Shown here piece after piece: positions 19,701-28,092 of a DNA stretch of 64,000 bases. The stretch comes from an uncultured Acidobacteriota bacterium (lineage in GTDB: Bacteria; Acidobacteriota; Thermoanaerobaculia; Multivoradales; UBA5704), in the NCBI GenBank assembly GCA_963770895.1, contig CAVYRF010000002.1:3136001-3200000 (forward strand), read 5' to 3'. Numbering within the stretch: the first letter of the stretch is position 1; each line of letters begins with the position of its first letter. The translations under genes and the position numbers were made by a program. Below the pieces are notes generated by a model, which saw only the letters and a list, made by a program, of their open reading frames with translations, ran no database searches and was not told where the DNA came from.

Positions 19701-21034
19701 TGCTTCCTCTCGCGCAGGTATTCCAGCAGGCCGGCCAGGAAGAGCAGCCCGTCGGCGGCCGCCGCCGGCGAAGGGCCGGCGCCGGCGCCCGCGGTGGGAG
19801 CGGCGGCAGCCGCCATCGCGTCCAGGGCGCGGCGCGCGTCGTCCAGACGTTCGGTGATCAGGCGGTGGATGGCGCGGCGCGCTCCCGTCCGTTCCAGGAC
19901 CTGCTGCACCCGTTCCACGCCGGCCGCGTCCAGGTCGGCCCTGCCCAGCGCCGACGTCACGACCGCGCGGTCCGCGGCGGTGCCCGCATGGATCGCGTGA
20001 TGCACCAGCAGGGTGAACTTGCCCTCGCGCAGGTCGTCGCCCACCGGCTTGCCCGTCGTCGCCGGATCGCCGAACACTCCCAGCAGGTCATCCTGTAGCT
20101 GGAACGCTTCGCCCACGGCGGTGCCGTAGCGTGACAGCTGGTCCCGCACCGCCGGCGGCGCACCGGCCAGCAGGGCGCCCAGCTGGATGGGCCGCTCGGC
20201 CGTGTACCGCCCCGACTTGAGCTGCAGCACCCTGAGGATCTCGGCGGCGCTGGCGGTTTTGGGGTCGGCCGGGTCCCGGTGGGCCAGCAGGAACTCCAGG
20301 TACTGGCCGCCGATCACCTCTTCGCACATCGTGGAAAAACACTGGCTCAGCTCGCCCCAGGAGACGTTCCGCCGCGGCGCGGCAGGGTCCACTCCAGCCG
20401 ACGCCGCCGACGCCGCGGATACCGCCGATGTCGCGGCGGGCGCCGGCAGGATGGCGCGGGCGAACAGTTCCACGGCGTAGGTGTGGGCCAGGTCCCCCAG
20501 CAGGATCGCCGCCGAGCGGCCGAAGTCTTCCCCGTCGCCGTGCAGGCCGCTGTCGCGATGCAGGCCGCGAAACCGCGCGTGCGCCGAGGGCTGGCCGCGC
20601 CGGGTGTCCGCGTGATCCATGATGTCGTCGTGGATCAGCAGGTAGGTGTGCAGAAACTCCGTTGCCAGCGCCAGCGGCACCACCCGCTGGTCGCCCTGCC
20701 CGCCGCACGCCAGGTAGGTGAAGTAGACGAACGCCGGCCGCAGCCGCTTGCCGCCCTGCTCCATCAGCCGGGCGATGCCGTCCACCAGGTCGCCCGGATC
20801 GCCCAGCCGCACCGCGTCACCGCCTGGTGCCGTCGCCGCGGGATCGACCGGGCTGGCCGAGACCGCACCAGCCTGCACGCCGCCCAGGGAGAGCCGCGTG
20901 CCGGCCCGCTTGCCGGCCAGAAACCCGCCGATCTCGCGCTCGATGCGCCCCCGGAAGCCGTCCAACAGGCGGCCGAACTGCTCCGGAGAGTGCGCAAGCG
21001 CTGCGGTGGGTGGCGCCGCTGCCGATTGAGACAA
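19697..21034 (-). CDS. polyprenyl diphosphate synthase (GGPP-synthase-like)
   Basis: GGKRLRP, FARM YLLIHDDIMD..RRG, KSGRYT, SARM FQLQDD, GKPVGDDLREGK; TTG start uncertain. Confidence 0.93.
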   Translation of the reverse strand: MSQSAAAPPTAALAHSPEQFGRLLDGFRGRIEREIGGFLAGKRAGTRLSLGGVQAGAVSASPVDPAATAPGGDAVRLGDPGDLVDGIARLMEQGGKRLRPAFVYFTYLACGGQGDQRVVPLALATEFLHTYLLIHDDIMDHADTRRGQPSAHARFRGLHRDSGLHGDGEDFGRSAAILLGDLAHTYAVELFARAILPAPAATSAVSAASAASAGVDPAAPRRNVSWGELSQCFSTMCEEVIGGQYLEFLLAHRDPADPKTASAAEILRVLQLKSGRYTAERPIQLGALLAGAPPAVRDQLSRYGTAVGEAFQLQDDLLGVFGDPATTGKPVGDDLREGKFTLLVHHAIHAGTAADRAVVTSALGRADLDAAGVERVQQVLERTGARRAIHRLITERLDDARRALDAMAAAAAPTAGAGAGPSPAAAADGLLFLAGLLEYLRERKQ

Positions 21035-21349
21035 GTCAGAAACCTTTCAGCTGGATCGATGGGTGTCGCCGGCAACCGCGCAGAGCCTGAGCACGACCGG
21101 CCGTCCCGCCGCCGCACCGAACCCACAGAGGGTCTGCATGCGCCGACGGCCCCTCTCCATATCTAGAACAGCGTAATTTCGACCAAAACCTGGTAGCGCG
21201 TCCCCATCCAGCAGCCGCGCCAACCCCACCAGTCTATCCGAATTGCCCTTGCGCCAGAACTGCACCGGCTGCGCTTTGCCGCACAGGGCCGCGGGTCGGG
21301 TACGATCGGTTCGGTCAGGTTGAGCTGGCGACGGCGCGCCCGGCTGGAC

Positions 21350-21514
21350 GTGGCCTGTCCTGGAGAAATCGAAAGCGGATGGCACCGCCATTCGGCGGCG
21401 CGGGCCAGGCGCGCCGACGCAGGCATAGCAGAGACTATGTCGAGGAGGCGCAACGCCGCCCCCGCCGTCGAGGGCAAGCCAGGCGCTTTCGATTCGAACA
21501 GGACAGGCCACTAG
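21350..21514. repeat. structured palindromic repeat / MITE-like element 1, copy B
   Basis: GTGGCCTGTCCTG ... CAGGACAGGCCAC-TAG terminal IR plus inner AATCGAAAGCG/CGCTTTCGATT stem; collinear with copy A at an offset of exactly 7600. Confidence 0.85.
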
Positions 21515-21658
21515 TACTACAGTGTCACAAACTCGCACAGGCTGCCGTGCAAGTTGTTCTGTCTCAGTACTTTGCGTATTTCAATTGAATACTTCTGAAA
21601 ATTTCGTGGAATTCAACGCTGGCAGGCTTTTTCTGCTGGCGTGACACAGTAGTACTAG
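21511..21658. mobile_element. MITE-like element 2, copy B
   Basis: Near-identical (1 substitution) to 13911-14058; same CTAG flanks and terminal IRs. Confidence 0.8.
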
Positions 21659-21700
21659 GTAGGGCTGGCGGACACGGAACGTGCTTGCGGGAGGTGGACG

Positions 21701-22498
21701 ATGAGCTTCGAGCTGTTGCAGGTAGATGCCTTTACGGACAGGGCCTTCGGCGGCAATCCCGCGGCGGTCTGCTTTTGCACCGAACCGCGTGAAGCGGGTT
21801 GGATGCAGCGTGTGGCGCAGCAGATGAATCTGTCCGAGACGGCCTTTTTGGAGCGGCGGGACGACGGCTTCGGGCTGCGCTGGTTCACGCCCACCGTCGA
21901 GGTCGAGCTGTGCGGCCACGCCACCCTGGCCAGCGCCCACGCCCTGTGGGAGACCGGGCGCCTGGACCCGCGGGCCGCGGCGCGCTTTCATACCCTGAGC
22001 GGCGAGCTGGTGGCCGAGCGCCGGGACGGCTGGATCGAGATGGACTTCCCCGCCTGGCTGCCCGACGCAACCCCGCTGGCCGCCGACGATCTTGCCCAGG
22101 CCTTGGGCGTCGAACCTCTGACCGCCGTCAAATGCCGCTCCTACGGAGTCGTGGAAGTCGCCACGGAAGCCATCGTGCGGGCCGCCACGCCCGCCATGCA
22201 CCTGCTGCGCAACCTGCCCTACGGCGGCGTGGTGCTGACCGCCCGCGCCGAAGGCCCGCCCTTCGACATCGTCTCGCGCTTCTTCGCCCCCGCCTTCGGC
22301 ATCGACGAAGACCCCGTCACCGGCTCCGCGCACTGCGCGCTGGGACCCTTCTGGTGTGAACGCCTGGGCAAGTCGGAGCTGATCGCCTGCCAGGCCTCCC
22401 CCCGCGGCGGCACCCTCCGGGTCCGCCTCGCCGGCGATCGCGTCAAGCTCCTGGGCCAGGCCGTCACCGTCTGGCGCGGCCAGCTCCTGGCAACCTGA
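21701..22498 (+). CDS. PhzF family isomerase/epimerase
   Basis: VDAFT..FGGNPAAV, NLSETAF, LRWFTP..EVELCGHAT, EDPVTGSA; GGAGG RBS. Confidence 0.95.
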   Translation: MSFELLQVDAFTDRAFGGNPAAVCFCTEPREAGWMQRVAQQMNLSETAFLERRDDGFGLRWFTPTVEVELCGHATLASAHALWETGRLDPRAAARFHTLSGELVAERRDGWIEMDFPAWLPDATPLAADDLAQALGVEPLTAVKCRSYGVVEVATEAIVRAATPAMHLLRNLPYGGVVLTARAEGPPFDIVSRFFAPAFGIDEDPVTGSAHCALGPFWCERLGKSELIACQASPRGGTLRVRLAGDRVKLLGQAVTVWRGQLLAT

Positions 22499-22730
22499 CT
22501 CTCCCCGGTTCGGGACTGCAAGCGGGACGGGTGCGCTCTTGCGCGCTGTGGCGCCGGGCTGAGCTGCGGACCGATGCGCCCTGGCAGCCGGGATGCGACC
22601 GGAGGTTTGGTTCCTGGCCGCGGAATAAACAGGGCCGCGGGGAGTCTCCATGGGCGAAAGGGATCGACCGGTAGCGGCAGGACCGCGATGACGAGATCCC
22701 TTGTCTCAGAGCCCTTGAAAGGAGCCCAAA

Positions 22731-23174
22731 ATGACGATCTCACGCGCCCTCTGCTGCACGCTGCTGCTGGCCCTGACCAGTCTGGCCGCTCGCGCTACGA
22801 CGACAGTAGCGGTCGATCGCGACGTTCTGCCCACGGAGTCGTTGAGCGGCGCCGGTTTCGATGCCGACCCCAAAATCGGCCGCGCCTTTGTCGTCGTCAA
22901 CTTTCTCGACTACGGCGGCGAGGAGGCGAAGGTCGCTTCGCAACGTTTGTCGGTCCCGGGTCTGACATACGACGCGGCGACGCGAACCATCCATCTCCAG
23001 GATGGCGATCGCAACGTCACCTGCGCCGTGGCCAAGAAGGTGTTGTGGGTGACCCGCTTCAATTCCACCGAGCAGTGCCCCATCCGCGTGCATCAGGTTG
23101 CTGAGCAAAAGGTCTATGGCGTCGTCGCGAGCGAGAAAGCTCGCTTCATCGTCGAGGTCGGTGCCGACCGGTAG
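22731..23174 (+). CDS. hypothetical secreted protein
   Basis: AAGGAG RBS, signal peptide, two Cys in the mature part. Confidence 0.7.
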   Translation: MTISRALCCTLLLALTSLAARATTTVAVDRDVLPTESLSGAGFDADPKIGRAFVVVNFLDYGGEEAKVASQRLSVPGLTYDAATRTIHLQDGDRNVTCAVAKKVLWVTRFNSTEQCPIRVHQVAEQKVYGVVASEKARFIVEVGADR

Positions 23175-23274
23175 GAGGTGACAGTGCCTTGCGACCGCCC
23201 CCCTCCGGGTGTGCTGCGCTGGGGCCGCCCGTCCTCGCTGGAGAGCCTGGGCGGGCGGCCGCTCCCCGCTCCGG

Positions 23275-25716
23275 CTATTCCTGCCGCAGGATGATCAGGG
23301 GGGAAACCGTCGTCGCGCGGCGGGTGGGGAGGTAGCTGGCGACGGCAGCCACTGCCGCGAGGATCAGCGCGGCGCCGAGGAATACGGCGGGGTCTTGCGG
23401 ATCGACTCCGAAGAGCAGGTCGGAGATGGCGCTCACGGCGAGAAGAGCGCCCAGGAGCCCGCAGGCGAGCCCCACCGCCACCGCGTGGAGCGCCTGGCGC
23501 AGGAAGAGGCGCACCACGTCGGAGCGCTGGGCTCCCAGGGCCATGCGAATCCCGATCTCGCGGCGGCGCTGGGCAATCGAGTGCGCGATCACGGCGTAGA
23601 TGCCGATCATCACCAGGATGAGCGCTACGGCGCCGAAGAGGGTGAGGAGCGCGGCACAGACGCGCGGTGCCCAGAGGAGCTGGCCGACCACCTCGGAGAT
23701 GGTTTTGACCCGCGTCAGCGGCATCTCGGGCACCAGGGCCTGGACCCGGCGCTTCACGGCGGCGAGGGCCGTCGCCGGCGCGCCGTAGGTGCGGATGTGA
23801 AGGGTGACGGCCGGCGTGTACTCCTGGGCGATGGGCAGGTAGATGTAGAGCTGCGGTGTTTCGCCCAGGGTGTTGTACTTGACGTCCCGCGCCACGCCGA
23901 CGATTTCCACGACTCCGTTGGTGGCGGTGAAGCGCTTGCCGATGGGGCTTTCGCCGGGCCAGAAGCGCGCGGCCAGAGTCTGGTTGACGATCACGACCGG
24001 GCGTGAGTCGGCGCGGTCGGCGGCCAAGAAGGCGCGGCCGCGCAGGATGGGAATGCCCAGGGTTGCGAAGTAGCCCGGCCCCACCGAGCTCTGCTGCGCG
24101 ATGACGCGATGGTCGGCGGGCGCCGCGGGGCTATCGATCAGCAGAGCGTGGTTTTCCCCCGTGTCCGCCAGCATCAGGTTTTCCCCGATCGCCGCGGAAC
24201 GCACGCCGGGGATCGCCGCGGCCTGGTCGGCCACCTGCCGCAGCACCTGCTGCCCGCGCGCCGCGTCAAAGCCCTGGCTGTCAAGATCGAAGGAGAGCAC
24301 GGCCAGATGATCGCGCTCGAATCCCGGGTCGACGCGCAGGGCGTGCTTGAGGCTCAGGAGGAACAGCACGGCACCGACAAGCGCCACGACCGACAGGCCC
24401 ACCTGCCCCACGATCAGGAGGTTGCGCAGGCCGAATCGCCGTACCGAACCGCCGGCGATCGCTGCCGCCTCGTTCTTGAGCGCCGGCACCAGGTCGGGGC
24501 GGCTGGCGGCGAGGGCGGGCACCAGCCCGAAGAGCGACGCGGTGGCGAGCGACAGGGCGAAGGCGAAGCAGAGCACGCGGCCGTCCAGGCCCAGCTCCAG
24601 CGACTGCGGCAGGTACGGGGTCTGGACCAGAGAGATCAGGCTGAAGGACCAGCTGGCAACGAGGAGGCCGGCTGCGCCGGCAGGCAGGGCCAGGGCCAGA
24701 CTCTCGACAAGCAGCTGCCGGATCAGGTCGCTCCGCCGGCCTCCCAGGGCGATGCGGACGGCGATCTCCTTGCGCCGGCCCGAGGCCCGGACCAGCAGCA
24801 GGTTGGCCAGGTTGGCGCAGGCGATGAGGAGGATCAGGCCCACCATGGTGGCGACCAGCCCGCCGGCCCGCACGTACGTCTGGCGGTTGTTGGGGCTGAT
24901 CAGCGCCTGGCCCAGGGGCACCACGGCGACGCTGCGCCGGCGGTTGGCTTGAGGGTATTCGCGGGCGAGTTGATCGGCCAGCGACGTCAGGGCGGCCTGC
25001 GCCTGACCCACGCCCATCCCGGACTTGAGCCGCCCTACGGCCGCGAATCCAAGGACCCGGCGGTTGTCCCACAGCGAGCGTGGGAAGTCCGCCAGGACCA
25101 GCCTGTAGGCCCCCTCCGGCACCCAGAAGTCGGCGCGCTGCACGAAGTCGGTGCCATAGAACCCGCCGGGGGCCACCCCGACGACGGTGAACTCGTGGCC
25201 GTTGAGGCGGATCACCCGGCCGAGGATGCCCGCGTCCGCGCCGAACCTCCTGCGCCAAAGGCCGTGGCCCAGGACGACCACCGGGCGGGCAACGCGGTCT
25301 TCCTCCGGCAGGAAGGTACGCCCGAGCACCGGCCGCACCCCCAGGGTTTTGAAATAGCTGGCGGAGACCAGGTTGCCGGAGATCCGCTCGGGCCGGCCGC
25401 CGGCGGAGAGGCTCAGGCTCACCGGCCAGACCACCGCAAGGTCGGAGAAGACGCCGCCAAGATCGCGGTAGTCGGCGGCGTTGAGCCGCGAAACCGGGAG
25501 GTAGCCGGGGATGTCCGGAGAGACGGTGAACACCGCGACCAGCCTGGACATATCGGCAACCGGCAGCGGCCGCAGGAACACGGCGTTGAGGACAGTGAAG
25601 ATCGCCGTGTTGGTGCCGATCCCCAGCGTCAGCGAGAGGAGCGCGACGGCCGTGAAACCGGGCCGGAGGACCAGGCCGCGCCAGGCATACCGCAGATCTT
25701 GCAGGAGCTTCTCCAT
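23275..25716 (-). CDS. ADOP-type duplicated ABC permease (MacB/FtsX x2)
   Basis: MEKLLQDLRYAWR..PGFTAVALLSLTLGIG.NTAIF, LLIACANLANLLL.R, EIGIRMALGA; two permease repeats, no ATPase neighbour. Confidence 0.93.
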   Translation of the reverse strand: MEKLLQDLRYAWRGLVLRPGFTAVALLSLTLGIGTNTAIFTVLNAVFLRPLPVADMSRLVAVFTVSPDIPGYLPVSRLNAADYRDLGGVFSDLAVVWPVSLSLSAGGRPERISGNLVSASYFKTLGVRPVLGRTFLPEEDRVARPVVVLGHGLWRRRFGADAGILGRVIRLNGHEFTVVGVAPGGFYGTDFVQRADFWVPEGAYRLVLADFPRSLWDNRRVLGFAAVGRLKSGMGVGQAQAALTSLADQLAREYPQANRRRSVAVVPLGQALISPNNRQTYVRAGGLVATMVGLILLIACANLANLLLVRASGRRKEIAVRIALGGRRSDLIRQLLVESLALALPAGAAGLLVASWSFSLISLVQTPYLPQSLELGLDGRVLCFAFALSLATASLFGLVPALAASRPDLVPALKNEAAAIAGGSVRRFGLRNLLIVGQVGLSVVALVGAVLFLLSLKHALRVDPGFERDHLAVLSFDLDSQGFDAARGQQVLRQVADQAAAIPGVRSAAIGENLMLADTGENHALLIDSPAAPADHRVIAQQSSVGPGYFATLGIPILRGRAFLAADRADSRPVVIVNQTLAARFWPGESPIGKRFTATNGVVEIVGVARDVKYNTLGETPQLYIYLPIAQEYTPAVTLHIRTYGAPATALAAVKRRVQALVPEMPLTRVKTISEVVGQLLWAPRVCAALLTLFGAVALILVMIGIYAVIAHSIAQRRREIGIRMALGAQRSDVVRLFLRQALHAVAVGLACGLLGALLAVSAISDLLFGVDPQDPAVFLGAALILAAVAAVASYLPTRRATTVSPLIILRQE

Positions 25717-26186
25717 GCCTACCCAGTCTCCCGTTCCATCAATTTCCGCGGAACCGCGCCTTTCTCCCGCCCAATCCTGACGCCGCCACGGACCCGTGCT
25801 TGATCCTACAGCGCCCTGCTTCCGCCGGCTGGGTACCGGCGGGAGATTCCCTGGCCTGCTGAGTGATGCCGACGCAGTACGCGCATCGCCCTCGACGCGG
25901 AGACGCCTGGGTTCGGCGCCGGACATCAGCTGGGCCAACGCCGGCGAGGTAGCCAGCCGCGCACTTTCCTCATACAGCCCTTCGGTAGTGCCTTGCGCCG
26001 AAACTGCCAGCCAGCCTCCGGCGCTTCTCTGCATTGGGCCTCGTCGGTCTGCGCGGTCAAAACAAGGCGCGAGCCCCCCTGGGCTTGAGGAACAGCCCCT
26101 TTGCGTTCGCCATGTCCGCCCGGCGGCCGCGGGGATCGTGCGCGATTGCGTCGCGGACGATCTGGGTGCGGCCGGCGCGGGATGGG

Positions 26187-26981
26187 TCAGTGACTTGGTT
26201 TGAGCCTGTTTGCGTCCTTGTAGGGTGGCGCAGGGGTGGCGGCGAGGGCTTGGTGCCAATAGCGGAGGAGGTTGTGGAAACCCTCCAGCATCTGGCCAAG
26301 GGCCTGCTCTTCTTCGAGGGCGAGGGGTCGCTGGCTTGAGGAGCTTGGCTGGTCGAGGCCGAGCACGCCGTAGAGTTGCGCACCCAGATTCTTGTTCAGG
26401 TCCGGCGCCGACGAATCGGCTTCCGGATCCGTGGATTGAGCGGAACCGCTCGCGCCGAAGGGGTTGGGGGGCTTTGGCTGCCGCACCTCATCGATGGCGC
26501 CGGCGACTCCGATCGGGTCGTGGACGTCTCCGATCTGGTTGTATCGGGTCGAGGGCGCGGTGACTCCGGTCAACGGGCGCCCTGGTGCCGCGCCGCCGTC
26601 CAGCCAGCTGGTGGTGTGCCAGCCGCGCCAGCTCTTGATCAGCTCGGGCCGGCCGTTGACGATCTGCAGGGCGTTGTGCAGGTCGTTGAGATCGCAACCC
26701 AGCGATTCCAGCAGCTTTTCCAGGGTGTCGAGCGAAGGGCGCTGGCGGCCGGTTTCATAGGCCGATAGCATGCCTTTGGTGATGCCGGCGGAGTCCGCGA
26801 CCCGGTACTGCTTGCGGGTCTGTTTTTCACGCAGCCAGCGGAGAGCCTGGCCCAGTCCGGTCAAGGGGGCCGTAGCCAGGGGGGAGAGGGACGAAGAGTT
26901 GGAGGTTGGCACCGGGCGTATCTCCTGGTCACGACTGACAAGCGGAGCATAGGCGAGAATGGGGCGTAAGTCAATCGCCAA
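26187..26981 (-). CDS. XRE-family helix-turn-helix transcriptional regulator
   Basis: LRWLRE..KQYRVADSAGITKGMLSAYETGRQRPSLDTLEKL HTH_3 pattern; true start probably downstream of 26981. Confidence 0.8.
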   Translation of the reverse strand: MAIDLRPILAYAPLVSRDQEIRPVPTSNSSSLSPLATAPLTGLGQALRWLREKQTRKQYRVADSAGITKGMLSAYETGRQRPSLDTLEKLLESLGCDLNDLHNALQIVNGRPELIKSWRGWHTTSWLDGGAAPGRPLTGVTAPSTRYNQIGDVHDPIGVAGAIDEVRQPKPPNPFGASGSAQSTDPEADSSAPDLNKNLGAQLYGVLGLDQPSSSSQRPLALEEEQALGQMLEGFHNLLRYWHQALAATPAPPYKDANRLKPSH

Positions 26982-27171
26982 GAGAGCCGAGTCATGTCCT
27001 TATCCGGTCTAGGTGATGGAGGGCCGCCGGGGCCGACTGTTCCATGCCGTACCCCCCATGGGTTGCCCCGACCGCGGCGCGCCTGCGGCGCGTCCGCGAT
27101 CGGGCCGGGAGGCCGAGCGGAGCTGTTTTGCCGCACCTGGCCGGTGCGATGCAGCGGCTTGCTTGCTATCC

Positions 27172-27189
27172 CGGTAACCGTGCTACCAT
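27172..27189 (+). promoter_or_regulatory. putative higBA promoter/operator (extended -10 TGcTACCAT, adjacent CGGTAACCG palindrome)
   Basis: TG-n-TACCAT at 27181-27189, about 10 nt before the higB ATG; short palindrome immediately upstream. Confidence 0.4.
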
Positions 27190-27198
27190 GTCTCTGGG

Positions 27199-27492
27199 AT
27201 GATTGAGACTTTCGGCGACGCCGCGACCGAGGATCTCTTCCATGGCCGGGCCACAGCGCGCGTACGCCATTTCCCGAGCACCTTGGTTCGCGTTGCGATA
27301 CGCAAGCTCGACGCCTTGAACGGTGCGGCGATTCTCGACGACTTGCGGGCACCCCCCGGAAACCGACTGGAGGCGCTGCGCGGCGAGCTCAAGGGGTACC
27401 ACGGCATCAGGATCAACGGCCAGTGGCGGCTGATCTTCCGGTGGCAGGATGGCGGGGCGTATGGCGTACAGGTGACGGATTACCACGAATGA
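27199..27492 (+). CDS. higB: HigB-family (RelE/ParE superfamily) toxin
   Basis: MIETF.D..TE.LF, DLRAPPGNRLEAL.G, IRINGQWRLIFRW, DYH terminus. Confidence 0.93.
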   Translation: MIETFGDAATEDLFHGRATARVRHFPSTLVRVAIRKLDALNGAAILDDLRAPPGNRLEALRGELKGYHGIRINGQWRLIFRWQDGGAYGVQVTDYHE

Positions 27493-27794
27493 TGGAGACG
27501 GAGATGCTTCCCGAAAACCGAATTCCAACCCACCCTGGCGAGGTCCTGAACGAGGAGTTCCTCAAGCCGCTTGCCATCTCGCAAGTTGCGCTGGCTGCAC
27601 ATCTCGGGATGCCGGTGCAGCGGGTGAACGAGATCGTGCGCGGTAAGCGCGGCGTCACCCCGGACACGGCATGGCGGCTCTCCCAGGCCTTCGAAACCAC
27701 GCCAGCGTTCTGGCTCAACTTGCAGGCAAACCACGACCTGGCCAAGAACCGGCCAGAACGCAAGGTCCGCAGTCTCCTGCCCAGGGCTAGCTGA
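27489..27794 (+). CDS. higA: HigA-family antitoxin
   Basis: ATGA overlap; THPGEVL.EEFL.PL, RVNEIVRGKRGVTPDTA, FWLNLQ. Confidence 0.95.
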   Translation: MMETEMLPENRIPTHPGEVLNEEFLKPLAISQVALAAHLGMPVQRVNEIVRGKRGVTPDTAWRLSQAFETTPAFWLNLQANHDLAKNRPERKVRSLLPRAS

Positions 27795-28092
27795 CGGTCG
27801 CGCTCCTGTTGGCCAAGGTCCGCCAGACGTGGCGATGCCGCTGGCGTGACCTTGCCAGCACGGGGCGGTCCCAACGGTGGGGTCGCAGGCACGTCCGCGT
27901 CCGCCGCCGCAAGGTCTCCATGCTGCCTGAGGCCATTGTCGCATGCGCGCCGCCGCCTATATCGGATCGGTCGAGCTTGCCGACGCCCTGCCCGCGGCCT
28001 TCCACAAGGGCTTTCAGGATCTCGGTTGAGTTGCAAGAAGGCGAATCAAAGCGATAAGCTGGTCGGCTGCGGTCTTGACCGGGAGGAATGGC

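Noticed and set aside
25717-26259. 180-aa N-terminal extension of the ADOP permease in the ORF track (similar extensions for 2208..4862, 6304..9456, 39458..40921, 55506..58388)
   Set aside because: Family-typical N-termini and stop/start overlaps identify downstream starts; the extensions are junk or overlap other genes.
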